From a bacterium (GTDB lineage Bacteria > UBA8248), in the NCBI GenBank assembly GCA_965204535.1, contig OZ241996.1, positions 768,001 to 832,000 on the forward strand: a stretch of 64,000 nucleotides of DNA, written 5' to 3'. Positions 50,392-60,024 of the stretch are shown piece by piece. Both the position numbers and the translations under genes were made by a program. The notes below the pieces were generated by a model. It searched no databases. It was not told the DNA's origin and saw nothing but the letters and a program-made list of their open reading frames with translations. How positions within the stretch are numbered: the first letter of the stretch is position 1; every line of letters starts with the position of its first letter.

Positions 50392-52293
50392 ATGGACGCT
50401 CTTGTTCGTTCTCTTGATTCAGTTCTGCGTGAAAATCATCAATGGGTTGTTCCTGTTTACCAGAGACACTATGAGTGGGAAACGAAAGAAGACAGACAAC
50501 TCCCGAAATTCTGGGATGATCTGAAAGATAAGACGATTGAGCGTTTGGAGAAGAGAAACCCTTTCCCACACTATTTCGGAGCTATTATCTTTTCCGAACC
50601 GCCCAATCAGACTTTCGGCACTGTCCGCCAGCGACTCTTAGTTGATGGTCAGCAAAGAATCACGACATTCCAACTAACGCTAGCAGCCATCAGAGAAGTA
50701 GCTCGCGACTACGAGGTCTCCCGCCTATTGGATGCAACTGATGCCTATCTTTATAACAAAGAGAGCCCTGGTATGGTCGAGCCGGATCGGGAACGCTTCA
50801 AACTTTGGCCCTCAAGCTATGATCGTTCACTTTATCAAAAGATCGTTGAAAATACCCCGGATAACCTCAGTATTATCTATGAGACGATTTACTTCTATAA
50901 AAACGGTAGGTTGATTAAAGGCCGTGCGCCCAACTCGCTTCGCGCTTTCTGGTACCTTTATGAAGAGATTAAAGCATTTGTCCAGGAGCGAGGGGAGGAT
51001 GAAGAAAGCCCTGAACAGGTGCTCGACGCGCTAATCGCCGGTTTCTTAGACGGTTTTCGAGTTGTCCTGATCCAACTTGATCAACATGATGACGCGCAAG
51101 AAATTTTCGCCTCGCTTAATGGATTGGGAAAACCACTATCCCCATTCGATCTTATCCGGAACGATGTTTTTCATAGAGCGCAAAAAACAGGCGAAGACAC
51201 TGAAAGGCTTTTTGAAGAGCAGTGGAAGAAATTTGAAGATGACTTTTGGAATGAGGAAGTGCGGCAGGGGCGATTGAAACGCGCGAGAGCTAACCATTTG
51301 ATAGCGCATGCTGTTGTTGCCGAGACTGCGCGGGAAGTTAATGTCGGCAAGATCGCAACTGAATACCAGCATTACGCACAAGATCAAAAATTTAAGACTG
51401 TTGCTGAAGAACTCGATGTGCTGCTCAATCATGCCGCTACATATCGTGCCATGGAGGAAAGGGATGAAAACGTGGTCTTTGCGAAAATTGCGAATGTCCT
51501 CCGAATTTGGGATATGTCAACTTTTCACCCATTGATTCTGTGGGTCAATGCGCAACCGCTTGAAGACGAAGATAAAGTTAGACTTTTCAGCGTTATTGAA
51601 AGTTATATTGTTCGACGTGAAATCTGCGGCCTCACAACCAAGAACTATAACAAAGTAGTTACCGGAATGATTAGGAATACTTCGGAGCAGGACGATTTAG
51701 TGTTGGTCTTTTTTGACTATCTTTCCAGCTTGACTGGGGATGCTGCGAGAATGCCAACGGACGCCGAGGTCGAAGAGGCGTTTGCGTCTCGAGAGGTGTA
51801 TGGTCGCTGGGCACACGGTGGGACTCCTTCTCGACGCCTTAAGTACATTCTGCGTGAAATCGAATATGCTAAGCATAATAAGTTTCACGAGACAATGATA
51901 TCTTCGGAGAATTTAGAGATTGAGCATGTTATGCCACAATCCTGGGCCGAGCACTGGCCGTTGCCCAATGGTCTAACTGCTCCATGCGAATCTACATGGG
52001 AAGCTGCCTACAATGGGCATAGCCTTGATGACGAAACAAAAACGCTTATGGATGAACGTCAGCAGGCTGTCGGTACCTTGGGAAATCTCACTTTGTTAAC
52101 AAAACCATTAAATGCGGGTATTAGGAACGCGGCTTGGGAAATTAAACGCGAACGTTTAGCTGACGATTCCCTGCTACTTCTTAATCGCGAAATTGCTTCA
52201 AATGAAATGTGGGATGAAGCGGCGATAGAGCGAAGAGCCGATGACTTAGCTAAGGTGGCGAACAGTATTTGGAAAGCGCAAGACATTCAATAG
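50392..52293 (+). CDS. GmrSD-like DUF262-DUF1524 protein (putative modification-dependent nuclease)
   Basis: PVYQRHYEW, VDGQQR.TT, F..LN..G, EHVMPQ, GNLTLL...N; low GC. Confidence 0.88.
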   Translation: MDALVRSLDSVLRENHQWVVPVYQRHYEWETKEDRQLPKFWDDLKDKTIERLEKRNPFPHYFGAIIFSEPPNQTFGTVRQRLLVDGQQRITTFQLTLAAIREVARDYEVSRLLDATDAYLYNKESPGMVEPDRERFKLWPSSYDRSLYQKIVENTPDNLSIIYETIYFYKNGRLIKGRAPNSLRAFWYLYEEIKAFVQERGEDEESPEQVLDALIAGFLDGFRVVLIQLDQHDDAQEIFASLNGLGKPLSPFDLIRNDVFHRAQKTGEDTERLFEEQWKKFEDDFWNEEVRQGRLKRARANHLIAHAVVAETAREVNVGKIATEYQHYAQDQKFKTVAEELDVLLNHAATYRAMEERDENVVFAKIANVLRIWDMSTFHPLILWVNAQPLEDEDKVRLFSVIESYIVRREICGLTTKNYNKVVTGMIRNTSEQDDLVLVFFDYLSSLTGDAARMPTDAEVEEAFASREVYGRWAHGGTPSRRLKYILREIEYAKHNKFHETMISSENLEIEHVMPQSWAEHWPLPNGLTAPCESTWEAAYNGHSLDDETKTLMDERQQAVGTLGNLTLLTKPLNAGIRNAAWEIKRERLADDSLLLLNREIASNEMWDEAAIERRADDLAKVANSIWKAQDIQ

Positions 52294-52326
52294 TGTTTTC
52301 GCGCTAGTTCCTTCAGCCTTACCTCC

Positions 52327-52445
52327 TCAACACCCCATCACCCGCGCATGACCTTCCTCGCCGTATTCGAGCAGGTGCCCGTCGCGCGTAACCAGCGTGT
52401 ATCCAAACCCCCGCGTCGTGGCGAGGAGAATGCGGGCAGCGCGGG
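52327..52445 (-). pseudogene. C-terminal remnant of a second VapC toxin
   Basis: PAARILLATTRGFGYTLVTRD..LLEY resembles the PIN DPxDRxxxAT...LVTRD tail; no start. Confidence 0.65.
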
Positions 52446-52763
52446 CTATCGCTCGGCGTCCCAATCCGCTTCGGCGGGTGAAGTCAGGTCCGTATCCTTC
52501 GGGACCGTCACCGTGCCCTTCAGCGCGCCGTAGGTGCGTGAGAAACAACCTGTGGTCGCGCGCTCCATCTCTTCGAGCGTTTTCGGGGGGCCTTCGTATT
52601 TGAGCATGCCGAACAGCCGGGCGAGGGGTCGCATCGGGATGATGCGCACCTCATCGCCGAAGATGATATAGCGCACGCGGTCGCCGGGCCGCACGCCGAG
52701 GGCTTCGCGCACCGGCTTGGGCAGCGTCGTCCGGCCCTTCGAGGTAATCGTGGATTCGAACAT
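52446..52763 (-). CDS. Chimeric AbrB-type antitoxin copy
   Basis: First ~68 aa near-identical to 49416-49649; tail YGALKGTVTV..DLT.P...W resembles a different VapB. Confidence 0.65.
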   Translation of the reverse strand: MFESTITSKGRTTLPKPVREALGVRPGDRVRYIIFGDEVRIIPMRPLARLFGMLKYEGPPKTLEEMERATTGCFSRTYGALKGTVTVPKDTDLTSPAEADWDAER

Positions 52764-52893
52764 GGTGCAACCCTCCTGTTCCTCGCTTTATAGAATAATG
52801 TATTACTTTCTAATTTCAAGCAAAGATAAGACTTGCGCGTTCATATTAAATTTACCCCCTTGTCGGGGCAGTAACCCCCCAACCCCCCTTATC

Positions 52894-53084
52894 AGGGCTG
52901 TTGAAAAAGTCCTGCAATGCCGGAATGATGGCAATGGGATTCCGCCTTGGCGAAGGGAGTGTAGGGGCCGCATATATGCGGCCCGTCGTTGGAAGGCAAA
53001 AAAGCCGGGTCGCATATATGTCGGACATATATGTCCGACCTACACACAAGAGCTCCGCCCGATCAAGGGTTTTTCAACAACCCC
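52894..53084. mobile_element. MITE with IS1182-type TIRs carrying a GTAG-REP pair
   Basis: AGGGCTGTTGAAAAAGTCC / TTTTTCAACAACCCC; TATC duplication inside CCCCCCTTATCAGGGGGG; same REP cargo as 34358-34526. Confidence 0.85.
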
Positions 53085-53574
53085 TATCAGGGGGGCTTTT
53101 TTGTTTTTACGCCCCTGTCAAGGGGGGGTAGGGGGGGGTGGTTTTCAGGGCGAGGAGGACGAGCGGGGTCCGCGCCCGCATTTTCCCGCATTTGGCGTTA
53201 CCGGGCTTGCGCCCGCGCGGGGCAGAATCGGGCGCACGAACGGGAGGAGTTCCGATGGACCTGGAAAAAGCGAAAAAAGCGAAGCGAACGGATCCGGCGT
53301 TTTCCGCGCGACGGGAATTCCTGAAAATATCGATAAATTCACGGGGTTTTTCGATAAATTGCTGAAAATTTCTGATCCCTTAACCGGTTGTAATCAAATG
53401 AGTTATCATTCAAATCTGAGCGCAGGCCACTCAAATATAGCGAGAAAAAAAGTTTTTCAGGCATCCGCGCATTTGTCCGCAACAGCCCGCATTTCCTCCC
53501 GCACCGCATCACGCCGGCAAAGCCTCATTCATCAATCGGCTTTGACCCCCGCATTGGCGATGTATCCAGCGGGG

Positions 53575-54099
53575 TTACGCGCGCCAGCAGCGCGGGTCGT
53601 GGGGCGCGGGTATCCGGCCCACGCTCTCGAGGTAGGCTTCGGCGATCTTGGGCCCCATGAAGACGAATTCCGCGCGGAAAATCTTTTGCAGCGCGGGCAG
53701 GTCGTCCGGCAGGGAGGCGAGGTAGCGGTTGAACGAGCCGTGTTTCTTCTGGATGGCGAGGAACCTTTTGGCGTTCTCGACCGCCGCCTCGATCTTCTTG
53801 CGGTTACGCACGACGCCCGGGTTTCCGAGGATGCGCAGTATATCCTTCTCGGTGAATCGGGCGACTTTCTCGGGTGCGAACCCCATGAATTCCTTTCGGA
53901 ACGCCTCGCGCTTGTGGAGAATCGTGCGCCAGGAGAGGCCCGCCTGAAAGATTTCGAGGGTGAGTTGCTCGAAGTGTTTCCGGGTCGTGCGGACGGGGAA
54001 CCCCCATTCCTCGTCGTGGTATTTCTCCATCACCGGGTCGCCCTCGGCCCACGTGCACCGCGTCGGGTTGGGGATGTCTTTTCGCGTCCGGGGGGCCAT
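53575..54099 (-). CDS. tag: DNA-3-methyladenine glycosylase I
   Basis: RC.W, YHDEEWG, LEIFQAGLSW.TIL.KRE.FR, RN..KI.A, H...C. Confidence 0.92.
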   Translation of the reverse strand: MAPRTRKDIPNPTRCTWAEGDPVMEKYHDEEWGFPVRTTRKHFEQLTLEIFQAGLSWRTILHKREAFRKEFMGFAPEKVARFTEKDILRILGNPGVVRNRKKIEAAVENAKRFLAIQKKHGSFNRYLASLPDDLPALQKIFRAEFVFMGPKIAEAYLESVGRIPAPHDPRCWRA

Positions 54100-54123
54100 G
54101 CGTTCTCCAGGCGGGGTTCGGGG

Positions 54124-54804
54124 CTAGAAGGGCCACGCCTCCATCTTCCAGCTCATGTCCCAGAAGAGGTATTCATACCGCGTGCCCAGCAGGAAATGCG
54201 CGCGCATGCGCGCCCGCTCGGCGGGGCCCGCCGCCGCCGCGGCTTCGTCGAGCACGTCGCGCAGTCCCCGGGCGAGCGCGGCGAACTCCTCGGACGCGTA
54301 GGTCTCTATCCACTCGGCGTGGAGCGGGGCGTTCTCGGGAATCCCTTTGGCGGCGAGCATCTCGCCGATGACCGCGTAGTCCCACTGGCAGGGGAGCATG
54401 GCGGCGGCGACCTCACCGAACGTGCCCGAGTAGGCCGCTTCGAGCAGGAAGTCGGTGTAGCCCTTGCAAGTCGGCGCAGGTCTAGTCGCCTCTATCTCGT
54501 CCGCCGAGATGCCGAATTTCGCCGCGAACCCCCGGTGGAGTTCCATCTCGGTGTTCAGCGTGGCGTTCAGGAGATCGGCGAAACGCCCCATCTCCGCCAG
54601 TTCGGGGGCCTTCACGACGGCCAGGGCGATGACGCGGCCGTATTCCTTCAGGAAAACGTAGTCCTGGCACATGTAGAAGCGGAACTGCGCGAGCGGCAGC
54701 GTGCCGTCCCCGATGCCGCGGACGAAGGGGTGCGCGTGAATTTTTTCCCAGAGCGGCTCCGCTTCCGCGCGGAGCGCCTCGCTCATCTTCTGTTCGGTGC
54801 TCAA
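54124..54804 (-). CDS. tenA: Thiaminase II
   Basis: HPFV, Y..QDY.FL, PC.W.Y, WI..Y, E..FWDM. Confidence 0.92.
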   Translation of the reverse strand: MSTEQKMSEALRAEAEPLWEKIHAHPFVRGIGDGTLPLAQFRFYMCQDYVFLKEYGRVIALAVVKAPELAEMGRFADLLNATLNTEMELHRGFAAKFGISADEIEATRPAPTCKGYTDFLLEAAYSGTFGEVAAAMLPCQWDYAVIGEMLAAKGIPENAPLHAEWIETYASEEFAALARGLRDVLDEAAAAAGPAERARMRAHFLLGTRYEYLFWDMSWKMEAWPF

Positions 54805-54811
54805 CGTGGCC

Positions 54812-55144
54812 TCACAGGTTGTCGAGAATTTTTTTCGAGCGCCCCTTCTCCAGGGTCTCGCCGAAAGAATCGCCCAGGTCGACGCCCAACTGCTGGGCGC
54901 GCTTCTGGGCCCATAGCCCGATGTTGCGGTCGTCCTTGTAGAAGGAGCTGTCCTGCGGCTTCGATGGGTCGAACGAATCGAGCCGCTGGGCTTCGGTCTG
55001 GTGCGAGGAGAAGCGCGACATGATTTTCCGGAGTCTCCTGTGTCCGCAGGCGCGGCAGGCGAGTTTCCTCCTGTCCGAGGGCTTCATGACCAGATGGCCG
55101 GAGACGAAGCCGCACGCCCTGCACTCGTATTCATAGATCGGCAT
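54812..55144 (-). CDS. FmdB-family zinc ribbon protein
   Basis: MPIYEYEC..CG ... C..CG...L.K..S.F. Confidence 0.85.
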   Translation of the reverse strand: MPIYEYECRACGFVSGHLVMKPSDRRKLACRACGHRRLRKIMSRFSSHQTEAQRLDSFDPSKPQDSSFYKDDRNIGLWAQKRAQQLGVDLGDSFGETLEKGRSKKILDNL

Positions 55145-56420
55145 CGGTTGAACCCCTCGTCTCCATCTCCGCGCCCAGCGACGCCATGCGCTCGCAAAAA
55201 TCAGGGAATGTTACCGCCATCGCCTCCGCCGTGTCGACCGATACGCCCCCGGGCGCCGCGAGTCCGGCGACGGCGGCGGACATGACGATCCGGTGGTCGC
55301 CGAACCCGTGGGCCGCCCCGCCCCTGAGGCCGCCACCTGTGACGACGATGCCGTCCGCCAGTTCCCTCGCTTCCCCGCCCAGCGATTCGATGACTTCGCG
55401 CACCGCGGAGATTCTGTCCGTCTCCTTGATGCGGGCCTGGGGCGTGTTGACGAGCCGGGTCTCTCCCTCCCCGAACGCGCCGAGCACGGCCATGACGGGC
55501 AGCAGGTCGGGCGTGGCGTTCAGGTCGAATTCCCCGCCGCGCAGCGCTTTTCCGCGTATTCGAATGCCGTCCTCCGATACGAGAACATCCGCCCCCATTT
55601 CCTCGACGAAGCGGAGAATCTCCTTGTCGCCCTGCGAGTCGTCGAGGTCCAGACCCTCGAGCGTCACGTCGCCGCCCGGCAGCGCGCCGGCCGCCACCAG
55701 GAAGGCGGCGGAACTCCAGTCGGCGGGCACGGTGACCTCGAACCCCGAGAGCGCCTGTCCACCCGGAACGGTGAAGCGGCGGTACTCGTCGCGCTCGTAT
55801 TCCAGTCCCAGGCGATCCAGCCACCAGAGCGTCATCTCGACGTAGGGGCGTTCGTTCAGGTCGACCGGCTCGATGGTGGTCGTCTCCTCGCCGAAGGGCG
55901 CGTTCAGGAGCAAAGAAGACGTGAACTGGCTGGTCGTCCCGTCGACTTTCGTCCGCCCGCCGCGCCACGGGCCGCCCACTGCGACGGGGAGATAACCGTC
56001 CTTGCCCGATTGCGCCCTTGCGCCCAGATTCGAGAGCGCATCGAGCAGCGGCCCCATCGGGCGTTTCTTGGTCTGGGCGTCGCCGTCGAAGCGGGCCTGG
56101 CCCCCCCGCATGAGCGCGGCGGTGCCGAGCGCCATCCGGCAGGTGGTTCCCGAATTCCCCACGTCGAGGACATCGTGCGGCGTTTCAGGACGAGCGCCGA
56201 AGCCCGCCACCGACCAGACGTCTTTTTCTTTATGGATCTCCGCGCCGAAGCTCCCGTAGACGCTCGCCGCCGAGAGGCCGTCCGAAGAATCGAGGGGATT
56301 CCGAATGGTGCTCCTCCCGGAAGCGAGGGACGCGAACGCGACGGCGCGGATGGAGTGGGATTTCGAGCCGGGAACGCCGGTGGTTCCCCTGGCGACGGAT
56401 GGCCTGACCGAGAGTATCAT
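55131..56420 (-). CDS. aroA: 3-phosphoshikimate 1-carboxyvinyltransferase
   Basis: PGSKS, GNSGTT.R, RPM, SQF.S, D.SSA, R.KETDR, DHRI.M. Confidence 0.95.
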   Translation of the reverse strand: MILSVRPSVARGTTGVPGSKSHSIRAVAFASLASGRSTIRNPLDSSDGLSAASVYGSFGAEIHKEKDVWSVAGFGARPETPHDVLDVGNSGTTCRMALGTAALMRGGQARFDGDAQTKKRPMGPLLDALSNLGARAQSGKDGYLPVAVGGPWRGGRTKVDGTTSQFTSSLLLNAPFGEETTTIEPVDLNERPYVEMTLWWLDRLGLEYERDEYRRFTVPGGQALSGFEVTVPADWSSAAFLVAAGALPGGDVTLEGLDLDDSQGDKEILRFVEEMGADVLVSEDGIRIRGKALRGGEFDLNATPDLLPVMAVLGAFGEGETRLVNTPQARIKETDRISAVREVIESLGGEARELADGIVVTGGGLRGGAAHGFGDHRIVMSAAVAGLAAPGGVSVDTAEAMAVTFPDFCERMASLGAEMETRGSTDADL

Positions 56421-56447
56421 GATGATGGGCGTGTCTGGCAGCGGTTT

Positions 56448-56810
56448 CTAGCGGTCATCGCTCAGGTAGCGGCCCAGCATGTCGCGGGAGTGTTCGTCCT
56501 CGTGGCAGTCCACGCACAGGTTCTCCCAGTTGCTGCCGTCGGGCGGGTTGTTCTTGTGGTTGCCGTCGCGGTGGTGGACCGTCAGGATGTGGAGGTTGTT
56601 CTCATCGAAATCCCGGCCGCATTTCGCGCAGAACCAGCCGTGGATATCGAGCGACTTGCGCCGGTAATCCTGCGCATTCCTGCCCACGCTCGCCGAGGAT
56701 TTCAGGCGCGCGGCGATTTGTTTTGCGCTTTCGCCGGTGGGGGCGGCCGGTTTTGGAGCGCTTCTTCTCCCCGGGCGGCGTCTGTTTGCGCTGAATCTCG
56801 TTCTGGCCAT
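56448..56810 (-). CDS. YajD-family HNH nuclease
   Basis: YR..SL, C..CGR.F, LTVHH.D.NH.NNPPDGSNWE.LC..CH..EH. Confidence 0.88.
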   Translation of the reverse strand: MARTRFSANRRRPGRRSAPKPAAPTGESAKQIAARLKSSASVGRNAQDYRRKSLDIHGWFCAKCGRDFDENNLHILTVHHRDGNHKNNPPDGSNWENLCVDCHEDEHSRDMLGRYLSDDR

Positions 56811-56944
56811 CGAATCAACCTCCCGTATTCAGGAGCCATCCTAGCAAATCGCGCTATAATGAGGAAGAGATGGATTTGGTGGCGGTTATCATCCTGGCGG
56901 ATCAAAGAGTGGAAAATGACATGCTTGTGCCGAGGAGAAACTGA

Positions 56945-57568
56945 ATGCGAAGCGCCCGGAGACGCTGGCGGCGATGGCTGATCCTGCTCGTCTTGCTGTC
57001 CCCCCTGCTCGGGGTCGGCAGTCTGTACGGGATTCGCGCCGTGGAGTCTTATGATCCGTTTTGCACGGTCTGCCACTTGCAGGACCACCAGGATTATCTC
57101 GACGACGGCGCGCGCGCGGAGAACATGGTGCAGACGCTGGGCGGGTGGCACAAGAGCGCGGGCGGGGTGCGGTGCATCTCCTGTCACGGGGAGGAGGGCA
57201 TCACGGGGATGATCCGCACGACGATTCTGGCGAACAAGGACCTCTATAAATTCATCATCGGCGATTACGAGCAGCCCTCGCGCGTCTTCCATCCCATCCT
57301 CGATAAGGACTGCCTGAAGTGTCACGACGAGGAGCGCCTCCTGGAATTGGCCGACGACGCCTTCCACGCCATCAGCGACCACGCGGAGCTCAAGGCGGAC
57401 TGCGTTCAGTGCCACAACGGCCACCGCACGAGCGGGGAGAGGGCGAAAGGGTTCATGGTGGCGGCGACGGCGCAGCCGCGCTGTGACGCCTGCCACGACG
57501 AGCTGGAGCAGAAAGTGGATTTGAAGGAGCTTGAGCCGTTTCCCAAGAAAAGAGAATCTGATAGCTAG
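56945..57568 (+). CDS. Membrane-anchored pentaheme c-type cytochrome (NapC/NirT-like)
   Basis: N-terminal TM; CTVCH, CISCH, CLKCH, CVQCH, CDACH. Confidence 0.88.
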   Translation: MRSARRRWRRWLILLVLLSPLLGVGSLYGIRAVESYDPFCTVCHLQDHQDYLDDGARAENMVQTLGGWHKSAGGVRCISCHGEEGITGMIRTTILANKDLYKFIIGDYEQPSRVFHPILDKDCLKCHDEERLLELADDAFHAISDHAELKADCVQCHNGHRTSGERAKGFMVAATAQPRCDACHDELEQKVDLKELEPFPKKRESDS

Positions 57569-57643
57569 GGGCGTGCTTCCCCGGATTTCACCCGCCGCGT
57601 GATTCCCGGTACAGAGCGGATTCGCTGAAAGGACAGGCAGGAC

Positions 57644-58522
57644 TTGCGATTTTTCGTCTTGATATTCACCGTCACCTTTCTGTGGGGACTGAGTTTTCCG
57701 GCGGCCAAGATAGGCCTGCGCGGCGTGGAGCCCTTCACCTTCCTCTGGCTGAGGGGCATCATCTCCTCGGCGAGCGTTTTTCTGATCATGTTCGCCCGAA
57801 AAATGCCGGTCCTGCCGCCGCGCCCGTCCTGGCGGGGGGAGAGCCGCGATTTCTGGATCAACGCCTGCCTGCACAATCTGATGTTCATCACCTATTATCA
57901 CGGCGTGGACCACACCACGGCGGGGCGCGCCTCGTTGTTCCTCTACTCCCAGCCCCTGCTCCTGACGGCGCTGGCGGCATGGATTCTGCCCCATGAGCGG
58001 GTGGGCGTCCGCGCGGTTTCGGGCTTCATCGCCGCGAGCCTGGGCATGGTGTTCCTCTTCGGCGACAAGCTCTCCTCGGCGGGCGGCTCCACCTGGTACG
58101 GGGACTCGATCGTCGTCCTGGCGGCCGTGATATGGGCGGTGCAGTCGATCTTCCTGAAACTGAAGCTCAGAAGCTTCGACGCCTTCAGGATCACCGCCTG
58201 GACGCAGCTTCTGGCCGTGCTCCCGTTCTTCATCGTCGCCTCGTTTCTGGGCGAACCTTGGCCCGACTTGACGGATACCAACGTGCTCACCGGCGTGGGT
58301 TACAGCGGCCTCATCGGCACCGGCCTCGCCATGATTCCCTGGCTGTGGCTGCTGACGGACTACCCGGCGAGCCGCGTGGGCGTGTTCATGTTCCTGACGC
58401 CCGTGTTCGGGGTCCTGACGGGCGCCTTGCTGCTCGCGGAGCCGCTCACATCCCTCATGCTCGGCGGGGCGGTACTGGTATCGGCGGGGATATATTTCGT
58501 GAATTCCGAATCCAAGAAATGA
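57644..58522 (+). CDS. DMT/EamA family transporter
   Basis: About ten TM helices; LWG..F...K, P......R, TPVFG...G...L.E. Confidence 0.9.
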   Translation: MRFFVLIFTVTFLWGLSFPAAKIGLRGVEPFTFLWLRGIISSASVFLIMFARKMPVLPPRPSWRGESRDFWINACLHNLMFITYYHGVDHTTAGRASLFLYSQPLLLTALAAWILPHERVGVRAVSGFIAASLGMVFLFGDKLSSAGGSTWYGDSIVVLAAVIWAVQSIFLKLKLRSFDAFRITAWTQLLAVLPFFIVASFLGEPWPDLTDTNVLTGVGYSGLIGTGLAMIPWLWLLTDYPASRVGVFMFLTPVFGVLTGALLLAEPLTSLMLGGAVLVSAGIYFVNSESKK

Positions 58523-58539
58523 ATCATGTATATATATAA

Positions 58540-58552
58540 TATCAATAAGTTA
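58540..58552 (+). promoter_or_regulatory. IHF consensus site at probable element boundary
   Basis: TATCAATAAGTTA matches WATCAANNNNTTR exactly, in an AT-rich tract upstream of the integrases. Confidence 0.55.
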
Positions 58553-58729
58553 CGACGTAAAGTTCATGTGTGATATCGCTCTTGTTGATTTTCAGAAATG
58601 CCCCTTTAATTTATCGAAAGACACGTTTATGTTTCCGTCCCACCGACAATCGTACGACTGAATACCCATAAGCACGATAAAGTGTTGTATTAAAAGCGAT
58701 AATTATTATACTTTCCTTTTCCTCCTCCC

Positions 58730-58758
58730 TTGCGTTTACGCCATATTTACGCTATAAT
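58730..58758 (+). promoter_or_regulatory. Sigma70 promoter of integrase pair
   Basis: TTGCGT-17 nt-TATAAT, about 90 bp before the first integrase ATG. Confidence 0.65.
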
Positions 58759-58845
58759 AGTCGTGTATTTGATGCCGGACGTATGCGTTTTGATTACGGA
58801 TCGCCCATATCCTCCGGCTTGTGACACGATTTCCGGGGAGCGCCC

Positions 58846-60024
58846 ATGCCCAAAAGAAGCAATATCAAGCTTACCAAACGAGTCGTCGACGCGCTATCCG
58901 TCGAGAAGGAAGACGCCGTCTTCTGGGACCGGGAGCTGGCGGGCTTTGGGGTGCGGGTCTACGCCACGGGCCGGAAGGTCTACGTGGTGCAATCGAGAGG
59001 GCCGTGGGGTCCCAAACGCGTGACGTTGGGCAAACACGGCGAGATGTCCACTGATGAGGCGAGGAAACAGGCCGCACTCGTCATCGACCGCATCAAGCGG
59101 GGCGAGGAGCCAGAGCCCAGGCCGCCCGAGGCCACGCCCACGGTGGCGGGCCTTTGCGAGCGCTTCATGCGCGACCATGCCGAAACGCACTGCAAGCCCG
59201 GCACCGCCAGGACGTACCGCTCCTATATCGGGAACCACATCCTTCCGGCGCTGGGCAGGAAGGCGGTGGCCCAAGTCGGCCGGGCGGAGGTATCGGCGTT
59301 TCATCACGGCCTGCGCGCGACGCCCGGCGCGGCCAACGCGGTCCTGGGACTGCTCTCCAGCATGTTCAAGATGGCCGAGGCGTGGGGCCTGGTTCCTCCC
59401 GGGAGCAACCCGTGCCGGGCGGTGCGCCGCTACCGGACGCGCAAGTGCGAGCGGTTCCTGACACAGGATGAATTCCGCCGCCTCGGACGTGCGCTCCGTG
59501 ACCTGGAGACGGAGGGGAAGGCATGGCCGTCCGCGGTGGCGGCGATCAGGCTCCTGGCGCTGACCGGTTGCAGGCGGAGCGAGATACTGGACTTGCACTG
59601 GGACGACGTGGACCGCACGGCGGGGGAGCTCAGGCTCAGGGACGCCAAGGCGGGCCCGCGCATGGTGCCCCTGACCAAACCCGTATTGAGAGTGCTGGAG
59701 GGGATTCCCCGCTCGCCGGACAATCCCTGGGTGTTTCCCGCAAGGCACGGGGAGGGCCGCCTGACGGACCTCCACCACTACTGGGAGGCCGTGAGGGAGC
59801 GGGCGGGGCTTCATGACGTCCGCATTCACGACCTCCGGCATTCGTACGCCAGCCGGGCGCTCGCGCTCGGCGAGAGTCTCTCGGCGATCGGCAGGCTGCT
59901 CGGCCACCGTCACGTGGTGAGCACGGCGCGCTACGCGCACCTGATGCGCGATGCCGAAAAGGCGGCGGCCGCCCGTGTGGGCGAGAGCATCGGCGTCCAC
60001 GTCACGAACGGGAGGGTCGAGTGA
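58846..60024 (+). CDS. Tyrosine recombinase with arm-binding domain (Int1)
   Basis: FWD..L.GFGVRV arm domain; TGCRRSE, DAK, HDLRH, LLGH, TARY. Confidence 0.95.
   Translation: MPKRSNIKLTKRVVDALSVEKEDAVFWDRELAGFGVRVYATGRKVYVVQSRGPWGPKRVTLGKHGEMSTDEARKQAALVIDRIKRGEEPEPRPPEATPTVAGLCERFMRDHAETHCKPGTARTYRSYIGNHILPALGRKAVAQVGRAEVSAFHHGLRATPGAANAVLGLLSSMFKMAEAWGLVPPGSNPCRAVRRYRTRKCERFLTQDEFRRLGRALRDLETEGKAWPSAVAAIRLLALTGCRRSEILDLHWDDVDRTAGELRLRDAKAGPRMVPLTKPVLRVLEGIPRSPDNPWVFPARHGEGRLTDLHHYWEAVRERAGLHDVRIHDLRHSYASRALALGESLSAIGRLLGHRHVVSTARYAHLMRDAEKAAAARVGESIGVHVTNGRVE

Noticed and set aside
58600-58710. dif site near the integrases
   Set aside because: Only partial resemblance (TTATGTTT, TTGTATTAAA); no 11-6-11 arrangement.
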